Origin: Synergistaceae bacterium | Lineage (GTDB): Bacteria; Synergistota; Synergistia; Synergistales; Synergistaceae | Length of the DNA: 57,913 nucleotides | Direction of reading: 5' to 3' | Assembly (NCBI GenBank): GCA_031288335.1 | Contig: JAITRO010000159.1 | Span: 1-57,913, forward strand | In this document: in pieces, positions 28,999 through 37,943 of the stretch | Layout of the letters: each line of letters starts with the position of its first letter | How positions within the stretch are numbered: the stretch's first letter is position 1 | Program-made: the position numbers and the translations under genes | The notes under the pieces: generated by a model | Seen by the model: the letters and a program-made list of their open reading frames with translations, nothing else | The model's database searches: none | Told to the model about the DNA's origin: nothing

Positions 28999-29976
28999 AT
29001 GAGGATAATAGATAAACGCGGGCGCGATATAAATTACGCCAGAATATCGGTCACCGACAGGTGCAATTACCGTTGCGTATACTGTATGCCGGAGGAAGGT
29101 GTAAAACCCCGCTCTCACTCCGAAATAATGCGGTTTGAGGATATCCTGTGGCTGTCGCGCATCCTGGTTTCGCTGGGGATAAGGCATATTCGCTTCACGG
29201 GCGGCGAACCGCTTGTTCGCAGAGGAATGGCCGACTTCCTCGTGTCGTTCAGGGAGGAATTTCCGGAATTGGATATTTCCATGACAACAAACGCGTCATT
29301 GCTGTCCCGTTTTGCCGGGATCATCGCCAAGGCGCGCCTGTCCGGGATGAACGTCAGCCTGGACACGCTCGACACCGGCAAATTCACCTCCATGACGAGG
29401 CTCGGGGACATATCCGGCGTCATGTCCGGCATCGCGTCCGCCGCGGAACTCGGCATACCTAACATAAAGACCAATACGGTAGTGATGCGCGGCTTCAACG
29501 AACACGAATTGCCCGGCATCGTCAAATTCTCCTGGAAGCTGGGGTTCATCCCAAGAATGATCGAATTTATGCCGCTTTGCGGAGATTTATGGGGGAAGGA
29601 AACGTTCGTGTCCTCCGGCGAGATTTTTGAACTCCTGAAACCCGCGGGCGACTGGAGCCCCGAGAGACCTGGAGCAAAGAAAACGGCGCACGGGCCGGCC
29701 AAATATTACACGGATGCCCGCACCGGCCTCAAAGTGGGCGTGATCGAGGCGGTCTCCAACCATTTCTGCTCGGAGTGCAACAGACTCAGGATAACGGCCG
29801 CCGGAAACCTGAGAGCATGTCTTTTTAGCAGTAAGGAAACGCCTCTCTTGACCGCGATAAGGGAAAGAGACGAAGCGGCCTCCCGCGAGGCCATACTGAC
29901 AGGCATCGGGCTGAAGCCAAAAAAATGGAACGAGGCGGCCGACGGGGAAGGACATATGTCGGACATCGGAGGGTAG
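28999..29976 (+). CDS. moaA: GTP 3',8-cyclase MoaA (radical SAM)
   Basis: ISVTDRCNYRCVYCMP cluster motif and C-terminal CSECNRLRITAAGNLRAC. Start at ATG 28999; the track's 28945 start would overlap the terminator hairpin. Confidence 0.95.
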   Translation: MRIIDKRGRDINYARISVTDRCNYRCVYCMPEEGVKPRSHSEIMRFEDILWLSRILVSLGIRHIRFTGGEPLVRRGMADFLVSFREEFPELDISMTTNASLLSRFAGIIAKARLSGMNVSLDTLDTGKFTSMTRLGDISGVMSGIASAAELGIPNIKTNTVVMRGFNEHELPGIVKFSWKLGFIPRMIEFMPLCGDLWGKETFVSSGEIFELLKPAGDWSPERPGAKKTAHGPAKYYTDARTGLKVGVIEAVSNHFCSECNRLRITAAGNLRACLFSSKETPLLTAIRERDEAASREAILTGIGLKPKKWNEAADGEGHMSDIGG

Positions 29977-29993
29977 GGGGTATAATAATAACC

Positions 29994-30470
29994 ATGAATG
30001 AATTTTCTCATTTCGACGAATCGGGCAGGCCGAGGATGGTCGATGTCGGAGAAAAACCCGTCACGCTGCGGCGGGCGGTGGCTGAGTGTGTTCTCGCGCT
30101 GCCCGATAAAATATACGAGGCGCTGCTCAGCGGGGGAGTGTCGAAGGGAGATCCGTTCAAAACCGCGGAACTCGGCGGCATAATGGCCGCGAAAAAAACG
30201 CCCGACCTCATTCCGCTGTGTCACAACATCAGGCTCGGCGGGATTTCGGTCAGGTGCGGGCTGTCCGAAGAGGAACGCGCCGTCAGGATAGAGTGCGAGG
30301 CGACGGCAAACGACGTCACCGGAGTCGAAATGGAGGCTTTGGTCGGCGCTACGATGGCGGCTTTGGTGTTTTACGATATGTGCAAGGCTTTGGATAAAGG
30401 TATGATTATAAAAGAAGCGAGGCTCATCGAAAAATCGGGCGGGCGAAGCGGACATTGGATAAATAGTTGA
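29994..30470 (+). CDS. moaC: Cyclic pyranopterin monophosphate synthase MoaC
   Basis: MVDVGEKPVT...KGDPFKTAELGGIMAAKKTPDLIPLCHN signature. Confidence 0.93.
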   Translation: MNEFSHFDESGRPRMVDVGEKPVTLRRAVAECVLALPDKIYEALLSGGVSKGDPFKTAELGGIMAAKKTPDLIPLCHNIRLGGISVRCGLSEEERAVRIECEATANDVTGVEMEALVGATMAALVFYDMCKALDKGMIIKEARLIEKSGGRSGHWINS

Positions 30471-30485
30471 ATTTTGGAGGAAAGC

Positions 30486-31316
30486 ATGAGCATGAGGCGT
30501 CCTATGCGGGTTTCGGGACTTTATAACTCAAAACGCGGCGAGTTTTGCAAGCTTATCTACGTGCATCGCAGTTCAAACGGCGCCTCGTGCGTCAACGGAG
30601 AGCCGGTAAACATCACACTTCGCCGGGCGGGCGAGGCGGCGCCGCCAGGTTCTGATTTCCGCATCGTAATCTCGCCGGACATGAAATACGAGACGGGCGA
30701 TTTTCTATCCGTGCATTTCGGAGTTAATTCCGGAGAGACAATGCTCAAAATCGAACCCGGAAACATGATATCGGTCGTCTGTCCGGGGTTCATAGGCGCG
30801 TCGGCGCGCCTGGACGTTTTCCGTCCGATAAGTACCGGAGTGCTGACGGTCAGCGACAGGGGTTACGCGGGGGAAAGGTCGGATACCGCCGGCCCGGCGC
30901 TCGAAGACCTCGCGTCGATCGTAGGCGCGGTCGTGAAGCGCAGGGATATCGTCCCGGACGAGATGGACATCATATCGCGCAAGCTCGTCGAATGGTCCGA
31001 TTCGGACGCTCTGGAACTCATTCTGACGACGGGAGGCACCGGCTTGTCGCTTCGCGACGTGACGCCGGAGGCTTTGATGAGTATAGGCGGCAGGGTGGCG
31101 CCTGGATTCGGGGAAGCGATGCGCGCGAGGTCGATGTATTATACGCCGCGGGGTTGTCTTGGCAGAGGAATAGCCGTGACGAGAGGAAAAACTCTCATCA
31201 TCGCTTTCCCGGGCAGCGAACGGGCTGTGAGGCAGTGTTTCGAGGCGATAGCGCCCGCGCTGCGTCACGGGGTTGAGATATTGAACGGGCGCGATGCCGA
31301 CTGTGGGGGGCATTGA
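30486..31316 (+). CDS. MogA/MoaB-family molybdopterin-binding domain protein with an unrecognised ~120-aa N-terminal extension
   Basis: The C-terminal half has GVLTVSDRGYAGERSDTAGPAL...ELILTTGGTGLSLRDVTPEA. ATG 30486 has GGAGG 5 nt upstream. Confidence 0.8.
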   Translation: MSMRRPMRVSGLYNSKRGEFCKLIYVHRSSNGASCVNGEPVNITLRRAGEAAPPGSDFRIVISPDMKYETGDFLSVHFGVNSGETMLKIEPGNMISVVCPGFIGASARLDVFRPISTGVLTVSDRGYAGERSDTAGPALEDLASIVGAVVKRRDIVPDEMDIISRKLVEWSDSDALELILTTGGTGLSLRDVTPEALMSIGGRVAPGFGEAMRARSMYYTPRGCLGRGIAVTRGKTLIIAFPGSERAVRQCFEAIAPALRHGVEILNGRDADCGGH

Positions 31317-31317
31317 A

Positions 31318-32190
31318 ATGAGCGTTGCGGCGAAATGCGTGATTATTTCAGGACTTTCCGGAGCAGGTAAAAGCACGGCGCTCAGGATACTGGAAGACAG
31401 GGGGTTTTACGCGGTCGACAACCTGCCTCCGGTCATGCTGCCGTCGCTCATCGAAACCCTTTCGGCCGACAACGCCGCGGTCACGTGCGGAGTGGCGGCG
31501 GTGGTCGGCGCACGGGAAGAGAAAATCCTGGACGAACTCGAAAAGTCCGTCGAAAGCATAAAGAACGCCGGCATCAAGACCGAATTGGTCTTTCTCGATG
31601 CCGCCGATGAGACCCTGATTCGGAGATACGAGAAGACCAGAAGGCGCCATCCCCTGGGAGAGGGCGTCACCATCGCCGAGGGAATAACGCGCGAGCGCGC
31701 CGAATTATCCGCGCTGAGAAAGAAGGCGTCGATAGTGATAGATACGTCGGATTTCAACGCGTCGGATTTTTGTTCTTCGCTGATGGCGCAATTGGGCATG
31801 AACGAATATCCCTTCACGGTGATAGTAAGTTCCTTCGGCTTCAAAAACGGAATCCCGAGGGACTGCGACTATATGTTCGACACGAGGTTTTTGCCGAACC
31901 CCAACTACGTTCCCGAGCTGAAAGCGCTGTCGGGGCGGGATGCCGAAGTGCAGGAATATCTCGACAAAATACCGGAAAAACAAGTGTTCATGAAACGCCT
32001 CGTCTTTTTTATGGAATTTATTCTGCGGCATTACGAGAACACCGGCAAGAAGCAGCTTCACGTGGCCATCGGCTGTACGGGAGGAAGACACCGGTCGGCG
32101 GCCGTCGCCGAACAGCTCTCGAAGATAATATCAGGCACCGGACTCAGGACAGCCGTTAACCACAGGGATATAGACATGGAGGAACGATAG
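31318..32190 (+). CDS. rapZ: RNase adapter / nucleotide-binding protein RapZ (YvcJ)
   Basis: IISGLSGAGKSTALRILEDRGFYAVDNLP and C-terminal GCTGGRHRS. Confidence 0.93.
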   Translation: MSVAAKCVIISGLSGAGKSTALRILEDRGFYAVDNLPPVMLPSLIETLSADNAAVTCGVAAVVGAREEKILDELEKSVESIKNAGIKTELVFLDAADETLIRRYEKTRRRHPLGEGVTIAEGITRERAELSALRKKASIVIDTSDFNASDFCSSLMAQLGMNEYPFTVIVSSFGFKNGIPRDCDYMFDTRFLPNPNYVPELKALSGRDAEVQEYLDKIPEKQVFMKRLVFFMEFILRHYENTGKKQLHVAIGCTGGRHRSAAVAEQLSKIISGTGLRTAVNHRDIDMEER

Positions 32191-32193
32191 GGA

Positions 32194-33330
32194 ATGCAGA
32201 ACGCTGCGGTTCTCGTCGCGGCCGGTTTCTTTTTGGGCTGCGTCGTTACGTCACTTTTGCCGCTTAGGTCGCGCCGCCGCATCGGTATGCCCGGCAGAGC
32301 TTCGCGCCGCAGGCGGGAGGTCATGGAAAGCGCGATCGAGCACAGATTGCTGCGGGGGCCAAAATTCGTCTGTATTGGAGGAGGCACCGGTCTGTCCACA
32401 TTGCTCGCCGGACTCAAGAGCTTCACGAGGAATATCACGGCAGTCGTAGCGGTGACCGACGAAGGCGGCAGTTCGGGACGCCTGCGGCAGGAATGGGGGG
32501 TGCTGCCGCCGGGCGACATTCGCAACTGTCTTGTCGCGCTGGCGGAGGACGACAGCTCCCTGAACAGAATACTGAATTTCAGGTTCGACAGGGGCGAACT
32601 CGCGGGGCACAGCCTCGGAAACCTCATTTTGCTCGCGGCCTGCGAACTCACCGGCGATTTCAGCAAAGCCGTCGAGGAGATGAACAGGCTCCTTGCGATA
32701 AGAGGGCGCGTCCTGCCGGTCACAACCGAGACGGTCGTCCTTCACGGCGAGGCGGAAAACGGGAAACTTGTCAAGGGAGAACTCGAGATATCCGAGTACG
32801 GCGCACAGATGAAGAGGATGTGGCTGGAACCTTCGTCGGCCAGGCCGCTTCCCGGGGTGATAGAAGCCATCTCGGGCGCGGACGCGATAATCCTCGGGCC
32901 GGGCAGTCTTTTCACAAGCATCCTGCCGAACCTGCTGCTGGAGGAAGTGACCAAAGCCATCCGAAACGCCGACCTGCCGAAAGTATACGTCGCAAATCTC
33001 ATGACTCAAAAAAACGAGACCGAACGAATGAACACAACGGCCCACCTCGACTGGATAGCGAGCGTGCTCGGCGAAATGCCGGATTATATCGTGGTGAACC
33101 ACACTCCCATTCCCGACGACTATCTCGAAAGATACCGCGAAAAAGGGGCCGAGCCGTTGTATCTTTCGAGGGAAGAAGAACTTTATCTGGAACGGAACGG
33201 CTGCGAGATCGTCTCGGCCGATCTGGTGAACATAAAAGACGGCAAGTATCTGCGGCATCACTCGAAAAATCTGGCCGAGATACTAACGCGCATTGCGAGG
33301 GATTATCGTGAAGACAACCTGCGGGGATAA
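32194..33330 (+). CDS. yvcK: YvcK/CofD-like gluconeogenesis factor (UPF0052)
   Basis: CIGGGTGLSTLLAGLK...VTDEGGSSGRLR motifs; canonical position after rapZ. Confidence 0.9.
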   Translation: MQNAAVLVAAGFFLGCVVTSLLPLRSRRRIGMPGRASRRRREVMESAIEHRLLRGPKFVCIGGGTGLSTLLAGLKSFTRNITAVVAVTDEGGSSGRLRQEWGVLPPGDIRNCLVALAEDDSSLNRILNFRFDRGELAGHSLGNLILLAACELTGDFSKAVEEMNRLLAIRGRVLPVTTETVVLHGEAENGKLVKGELEISEYGAQMKRMWLEPSSARPLPGVIEAISGADAIILGPGSLFTSILPNLLLEEVTKAIRNADLPKVYVANLMTQKNETERMNTTAHLDWIASVLGEMPDYIVVNHTPIPDDYLERYREKGAEPLYLSREEELYLERNGCEIVSADLVNIKDGKYLRHHSKNLAEILTRIARDYREDNLRG

Positions 33331-33336
33331 AGCGGC

Positions 33337-34221
33337 ATGAAAAATTATCTTGCCGAAGCTTGGGACGAATTTATCAACTTGCCCATTTGCGACGCTCCCT
33401 CGGAATTCTCCGGTTTTTTGTCGGCGCTTCCGGCAAAAAGGGATGGGGACTGCGTCCTCGTAGATACGCGCAAACTCGTCATAGCTCGGAGAATAATGAA
33501 ACTCGCCGGGGGTTTGAGCACGGAAACCAGGGAGAAAGTCATCCCTCGATACGGAAATTTTCTGGAACTGGATAAGAGCCGCGGCAGGGCTTTATTCCGC
33601 GTTCAAGGCGGGGCGTATTCGGAGATGAATCAGCGCACGTTTCGGAAATGGGCGTGGTTTCGGGGAGTATGGGGAGGATGCGGATCTCTGTATCTCCCTC
33701 GCGTTGGATATTACATGTCGCTTCGGCCTCCCCGCGGCAGAGACTGCGAGAAGCGACTCTCCGCGATACTTCGTTCGTCCGGGGTGAACGCCGGCGCTAG
33801 GTCCAAAAGAGGCAGGACGGAATACATGATAAGGAACCTGGAGGATATAGTGACAGTCCTTGCCGGGATGGGATTCGTGAGAACTTCTCTCATGTTCGAG
33901 GAGACCGCGGTGTTGAGGTCTGCCCGCGGCACGGCCAATAAGTTAACGAACTGTGACAGGGCAAACATAGGAAAAGCGCTCGACGCTGCCAGGCTTCAAA
34001 TGCGGCTTGTCGACGCGCTCGACGAAAAAGGCCTGTGGGACGCGATATCCCCGCAATTGGCCGAAGTCGCGAGGACGAGGCGCGAACATCCGAGCGCGTC
34101 CCTTGGAGAACTCGGACAGATTTTATCGAAACCGGTCAGCAAAAGCACAGTCAAATACAGATGGAAAAAGCTGGAAGCATTCTTGGCGGGAATAAATACT
34201 ATGAAAACGAAAAGGGGATGA
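33337..34221 (+). CDS. whiA: Sporulation/cell-division-type DNA-binding regulator WhiA
   Basis: Degenerate LAGLIDADG-like middle region and a C-terminal HTH (LGELGQILSKPVSKSTVKYRWKKLE); canonical rapZ-yvcK-whiA order. Confidence 0.88.
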   Translation: MKNYLAEAWDEFINLPICDAPSEFSGFLSALPAKRDGDCVLVDTRKLVIARRIMKLAGGLSTETREKVIPRYGNFLELDKSRGRALFRVQGGAYSEMNQRTFRKWAWFRGVWGGCGSLYLPRVGYYMSLRPPRGRDCEKRLSAILRSSGVNAGARSKRGRTEYMIRNLEDIVTVLAGMGFVRTSLMFEETAVLRSARGTANKLTNCDRANIGKALDAARLQMRLVDALDEKGLWDAISPQLAEVARTRREHPSASLGELGQILSKPVSKSTVKYRWKKLEAFLAGINTMKTKRG

Positions 34222-36197
34222 TCGAGTTGTACCTTGGAAAAGCGGACGTCAATACTTACGACAAGGGAGCCGAGCGTGAATTTCTAGTCTCGAACGGCGC
34301 AGGGAGTTACGGGTCTTCCACGGTTATAGGCGCTAACACGAGGAGCGGACACGGGCTTTTGGTCGTCCGTTCAAAAATGAACGAGACCCATATGGTGCTG
34401 ATAAGCAAACTGGAAGAAACGCTTTATGTCGGCAGCAGGAAGTACCAACTGTCCACAAACCGTTACAAGGATCTGATATATCCCGATGGATTCAGGTACT
34501 TGCAGGAATATCAGGGAAACCCTTACCCCGATATTTTATTCGTCATTCACAGCGTTTTCCTCAGGAAATCCCTTTTCATGCCTCTCAACGGCACATGCAC
34601 CGTGGTCAGGTACGAACTTCTCGCTTCCCCTAAACCCGTAACGCTGGAAATACGTCCGCTTTTCGCGCACAGGGCCAACGACGTCACCTGTCCGGATCAC
34701 TCGGATGCCGGATTTGAGGCTGTAAATTCCGAAAACACGATAAACGTATCGGGACGCGGCGCGGTGAGCCACGTCTCATGCGCGGGCAAACCCGGGCAGG
34801 GGCATTGGTCCGAAAAACCGATGTGGTTCGAAAACCTCATTTACGAGAAAAACGCGGAGTCCGAGACGCCTTCCGTCGACTCCCTCTGGTCTCCCGGTTA
34901 CGAGACTGTGGAGATGGAACAGGGAGAATCAGTCTGGGAGGTGCTCTCCGAGGAACCTATATCCTACTCGCCCGAGGAACTCGACTCGCTTTTGAAGGAC
35001 ACGGCGGAACGCCAGAAACTTTTCGTGGAAGGACTTCCGATAAGCGCCAAACACCATCCCGCTCAGGATTTGGCCCGCAGTGCCTGTCACCTCGTATCCG
35101 AGAACGTCGACTCGTCCCCGGCCGTCATTTCGGGTTTCCCGTCGGTGCAGCTGCGCGCCCGCGATACCTTCATCGCCCTTCCGGGTTTGACTCTGGCGAC
35201 AGGACGGGACGGGGCCGCTCGCGGCATCCTCTCGGCGTGGCTCGAACGGTCGCGTTCCTGCGGCGGAATCATGCCCTCATGTATCAGCGGCGGCGAAGCC
35301 GTGACCGGGGATATCGACTCCGGTCTCTGGTATTTGTACGCGCTCCAGAAATATACCGCGCAGGCTGGATTCGATTTCGCGCGCGAAAATTACGCCGAAT
35401 TCGCCGGCATCCTCGACAAATACACGCGGAATTTGCCCGAACTCGGCGCTGTGATGGACGGCGGCACGAAACTGATAAAATATTTCAATACAAACAAGAC
35501 GAACAATTGGATGTCCGGAGACGCGGACGGCGAGCCGCTCGTGGAGCGCAAGGGTTATCTCGTGGAGATAAACGCCCTCTGGTATGACGTCCTGCGTTTT
35601 ATGGAGGAAGCCGCTTGCGTGATCGAGGACGGGCAGTCGGCCGAAAAATATTCGAATCTGGCCCGGGAAGTGAAAGAATCGTTCGCCGACATATTCTGGA
35701 ATGGGTCGGCGGATTATCTCTACGATTGGGTCGATCCCGCAGACGGGCGGCGCGACGAGCTGATCCGGCCGAACGCGATATTTGCGGTATCCCTGCCTTA
35801 TGCGGTGCTGGCGGACGAAATGGGGCGTTCCGTGTTCGCGACATGTTGGAACCAGCTTTACACGACCTACGGCCTTCGTACCCTCGACCCTCACAACGAG
35901 AAGTTCAAGGGCCGCGCCGAGGGACGCCCCGACCAGAAAAAGAAGGCGCGTCTGCGCGGCATGGCATGGCCTTGGCTGCTCGGGCAGTTCATCACCGCGT
36001 ACATGCGTTTCAACCCCGGCGATGTGGACATGGGCTGGCGGTTTGTACGTCCGTTCACCTCGCATCTGCGCAGGGGATGCCTCGGTGGTGTCGCCGAGTA
36101 TTTCGACGGTGTGATGCCATACATGCCAAACGGCGACGTGTTGAGCGCCGTCTCGATAGGCGAACTGCTCAGGGTGATTCATGAAGATCTGATGTGA
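34218..36197 (+). CDS. Glycogen debranching enzyme family protein (amylo-alpha-1,6-glucosidase type)
   Basis: N-terminal EFLVSNGAGSYGSSTVIGANTRSGHGLLV and C-terminal (alpha/alpha)6-type blocks (NWMSGDADGEPLVERKGYLVEINALWY, RPNAIFAVSLPY, AWPWLLGQF). ATGA overlap with the whiA stop. Confidence 0.85.
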   Translation: MIELYLGKADVNTYDKGAEREFLVSNGAGSYGSSTVIGANTRSGHGLLVVRSKMNETHMVLISKLEETLYVGSRKYQLSTNRYKDLIYPDGFRYLQEYQGNPYPDILFVIHSVFLRKSLFMPLNGTCTVVRYELLASPKPVTLEIRPLFAHRANDVTCPDHSDAGFEAVNSENTINVSGRGAVSHVSCAGKPGQGHWSEKPMWFENLIYEKNAESETPSVDSLWSPGYETVEMEQGESVWEVLSEEPISYSPEELDSLLKDTAERQKLFVEGLPISAKHHPAQDLARSACHLVSENVDSSPAVISGFPSVQLRARDTFIALPGLTLATGRDGAARGILSAWLERSRSCGGIMPSCISGGEAVTGDIDSGLWYLYALQKYTAQAGFDFARENYAEFAGILDKYTRNLPELGAVMDGGTKLIKYFNTNKTNNWMSGDADGEPLVERKGYLVEINALWYDVLRFMEEAACVIEDGQSAEKYSNLAREVKESFADIFWNGSADYLYDWVDPADGRRDELIRPNAIFAVSLPYAVLADEMGRSVFATCWNQLYTTYGLRTLDPHNEKFKGRAEGRPDQKKKARLRGMAWPWLLGQFITAYMRFNPGDVDMGWRFVRPFTSHLRRGCLGGVAEYFDGVMPYMPNGDVLSAVSIGELLRVIHEDLM

Positions 36198-36210
36198 CCC
36201 CAAATATGCG

Positions 36211-36272
36211 GGATCAAAACCTCGGGCGCTGCCCGCACTCGCCGGGGAGCTTGTTTCCCGATGTTTTGATCC
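36211..36272. repeat. IR-flanked structured intergenic element, copy A (between the convergent debranching-enzyme and cysS genes)
   Basis: GGATCAAAAC (36211-20) and GTTTTGATCC (36263-72) flank a core. The 17-nt core acctcgggcgctgcccg (36219-35) is the exact reverse complement of 39524-39540. Confidence 0.45.
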
Positions 36273-36399
36273 TGTGGTTTAAGAGCGTTTGGTGATGGCT
36301 TGATATGATGAACGCTTATTCGCTTAACACTGCAACGAACATAGCTCATTGGAAAAACTGTCCGGTCTTGAAACGTCCGGGATTGCTTATGTTTCTCGC

Positions 36400-37812
36400 T
36401 TATTCGGCGCGTTTCCACCTCGTACCCTGGGGCGTGTCCTCCAGGATTATTCCCTTTTGGCTCAAGATGCCGCGTATTTCGTCGGAGCGTTTGTAGTTTT
36501 TGTTTTTTCTCGCCTCTTGTCTTTCGTTTATGAGCGCTTCTATCTCGGCGTCGCCGGATCTCTTTTCCTCGTCTATGCCTATTATGCCCATCACGCCGTC
36601 GACCATGCGAAGGAACTCGGCCGCGGCCGCGATCGTCTCGTAATCTATTCCGCCCTCGCGGCCTAGAGAGACGTTCGTGGCGTGAATGACGTCAAATACG
36701 GCGCCGATCGCGCCGGCAGTGTTGAAGTCGTCCTCCATGCACTCGTCGAATAACTCGCGCGCTTCTTTAAGTGACTCGCGAAGCTCCGCGTCGTCCTCGC
36801 AGGCCGCCGCTCCGCGAGGACACGCGGCAAGGGCGAATTTGATCTCAGCCCAGCCGTTGCGCAGCCTTGCCTGCGCGTGGCTCGCCTGTTCGAGCGTGTC
36901 CCGCGAAAAGTTGATGGGCGAGCGATAGTGAGCGGACAGCATGAAAAGCCTGATCACGACGGCCGAAAATTTCGACCGTACGTCGCGCACGGTGAAAAAA
37001 TTGCCGAGCGATTTCGACATCTTTTCCTGATCTACCATGAGGTATCCGTTGTGAATCCAAAATCTCGCGAAAGGTTTTCCGCTCGCGGCCTCGCTTTGCG
37101 CTATCTCGTTTTCGTGGTGCGGGAACATCAGATCGCTTCCGCCTCCGTGAATGTCGATGGTTTCGCCGAGATAACCGCGCGCCATGGCGCTGCACTCTAT
37201 GTGCCAGCCCGGTCTGCCCGGCCCCCAGGGACTGTCCCATGCGGGTTCTCCCGGTTTTTGCGCTTTCCAGAGGGCAAAATCGAGAGGCGCGCGCTTACGC
37301 TCGTCGATTTCGACCCGCGCGCCGGCGCGAAGGTCCTCCAGGCTCTGTCCGGAGAGCTTGCCATACTCCGGGAACGTGTCGACCTCGAAGTAGACGTCAC
37401 CGCTCGCCTCGTACGCGTGGCCCTTTCGGATCAGCGCGGATATCATCTCTATTATCGCGGGCATTTCTTTGGTGGCCCGCGGATTTGCGGAAGCTCGCTT
37501 TATCCCTAGGGAGTCCGCATCCTCGTAGTAGGCCGCGATGAATTTTTCCGCGAGCTGGGCGACCGTTATGCCCATCTGTTCGGCCCGTTGTATCATCTTG
37601 TCGTCTATGTCGGTGAAATTTTGTATGAAATCGACCTCTAGTCCCTTGGATTCGAAAAACCTTCTGAGCACGTCGAACACTATGAAAGGACGCGCGTTCC
37701 CTATGTGGAAGTAGTCGTAGACGGTGGGGCCGCACGTGTAGAAAGTGACGCGCCCGGGTTTTGAGGGTTCGAAACGTTCCTTGCCGCCGGACAAGTCATT
37801 ATAAAGCTGCAT
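36400..37812 (-). CDS. cysS: Cysteine--tRNA ligase CysS
   Basis: HIGNARPF (HIGH) and KMSKSLGN motifs. The start is ambiguous: ATG 37812, TTG 37818 or GTG 37830, with GGAGG at 37831-35. Confidence 0.95.
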   Translation of the reverse strand: MQLYNDLSGGKERFEPSKPGRVTFYTCGPTVYDYFHIGNARPFIVFDVLRRFFESKGLEVDFIQNFTDIDDKMIQRAEQMGITVAQLAEKFIAAYYEDADSLGIKRASANPRATKEMPAIIEMISALIRKGHAYEASGDVYFEVDTFPEYGKLSGQSLEDLRAGARVEIDERKRAPLDFALWKAQKPGEPAWDSPWGPGRPGWHIECSAMARGYLGETIDIHGGGSDLMFPHHENEIAQSEAASGKPFARFWIHNGYLMVDQEKMSKSLGNFFTVRDVRSKFSAVVIRLFMLSAHYRSPINFSRDTLEQASHAQARLRNGWAEIKFALAACPRGAAACEDDAELRESLKEARELFDECMEDDFNTAGAIGAVFDVIHATNVSLGREGGIDYETIAAAAEFLRMVDGVMGIIGIDEEKRSGDAEIEALINERQEARKNKNYKRSDEIRGILSQKGIILEDTPQGTRWKRAE

Positions 37813-37943
37813 ATTCAAGCAGGGTTGCACCTCCTGAAGTTTGTAAATTCAGACGATATCTTATACTAAAATCTCCCCTCGTGCTATACTACTAAACTAT
37901 AATTATCGTATTCATAACGAATTGGATGTGAAATTCACGGGTA

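Noticed and set aside
27720-29187. Long minus-strand ORFs (368 and 415 aa) opposite the radical-SAM, SPOR and moaA genes
   Set aside because: They are antisense to genes with clear family motifs, and their Arg/Pro/Ser/Gly-rich low-complexity translations are typical of off-frame GC-rich DNA. The same reasoning applies to 16399-16941, 20309-22306, 32251-33261, 35277-36203, 38205-39203, 41673-42686, 42961-43956 and 49859-50932 on the minus strand. It also applies to the many plus-strand alternative-frame ORFs in the track.
37813-37943. T-box or other leader for cysS
   Set aside because: Only about 110-130 nt separate cysS and the divergent uvrC. That is too short for a T-box, and no specifier or T-box sequence was seen. 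It contains only promoter-like TATACT and TATAAT elements.
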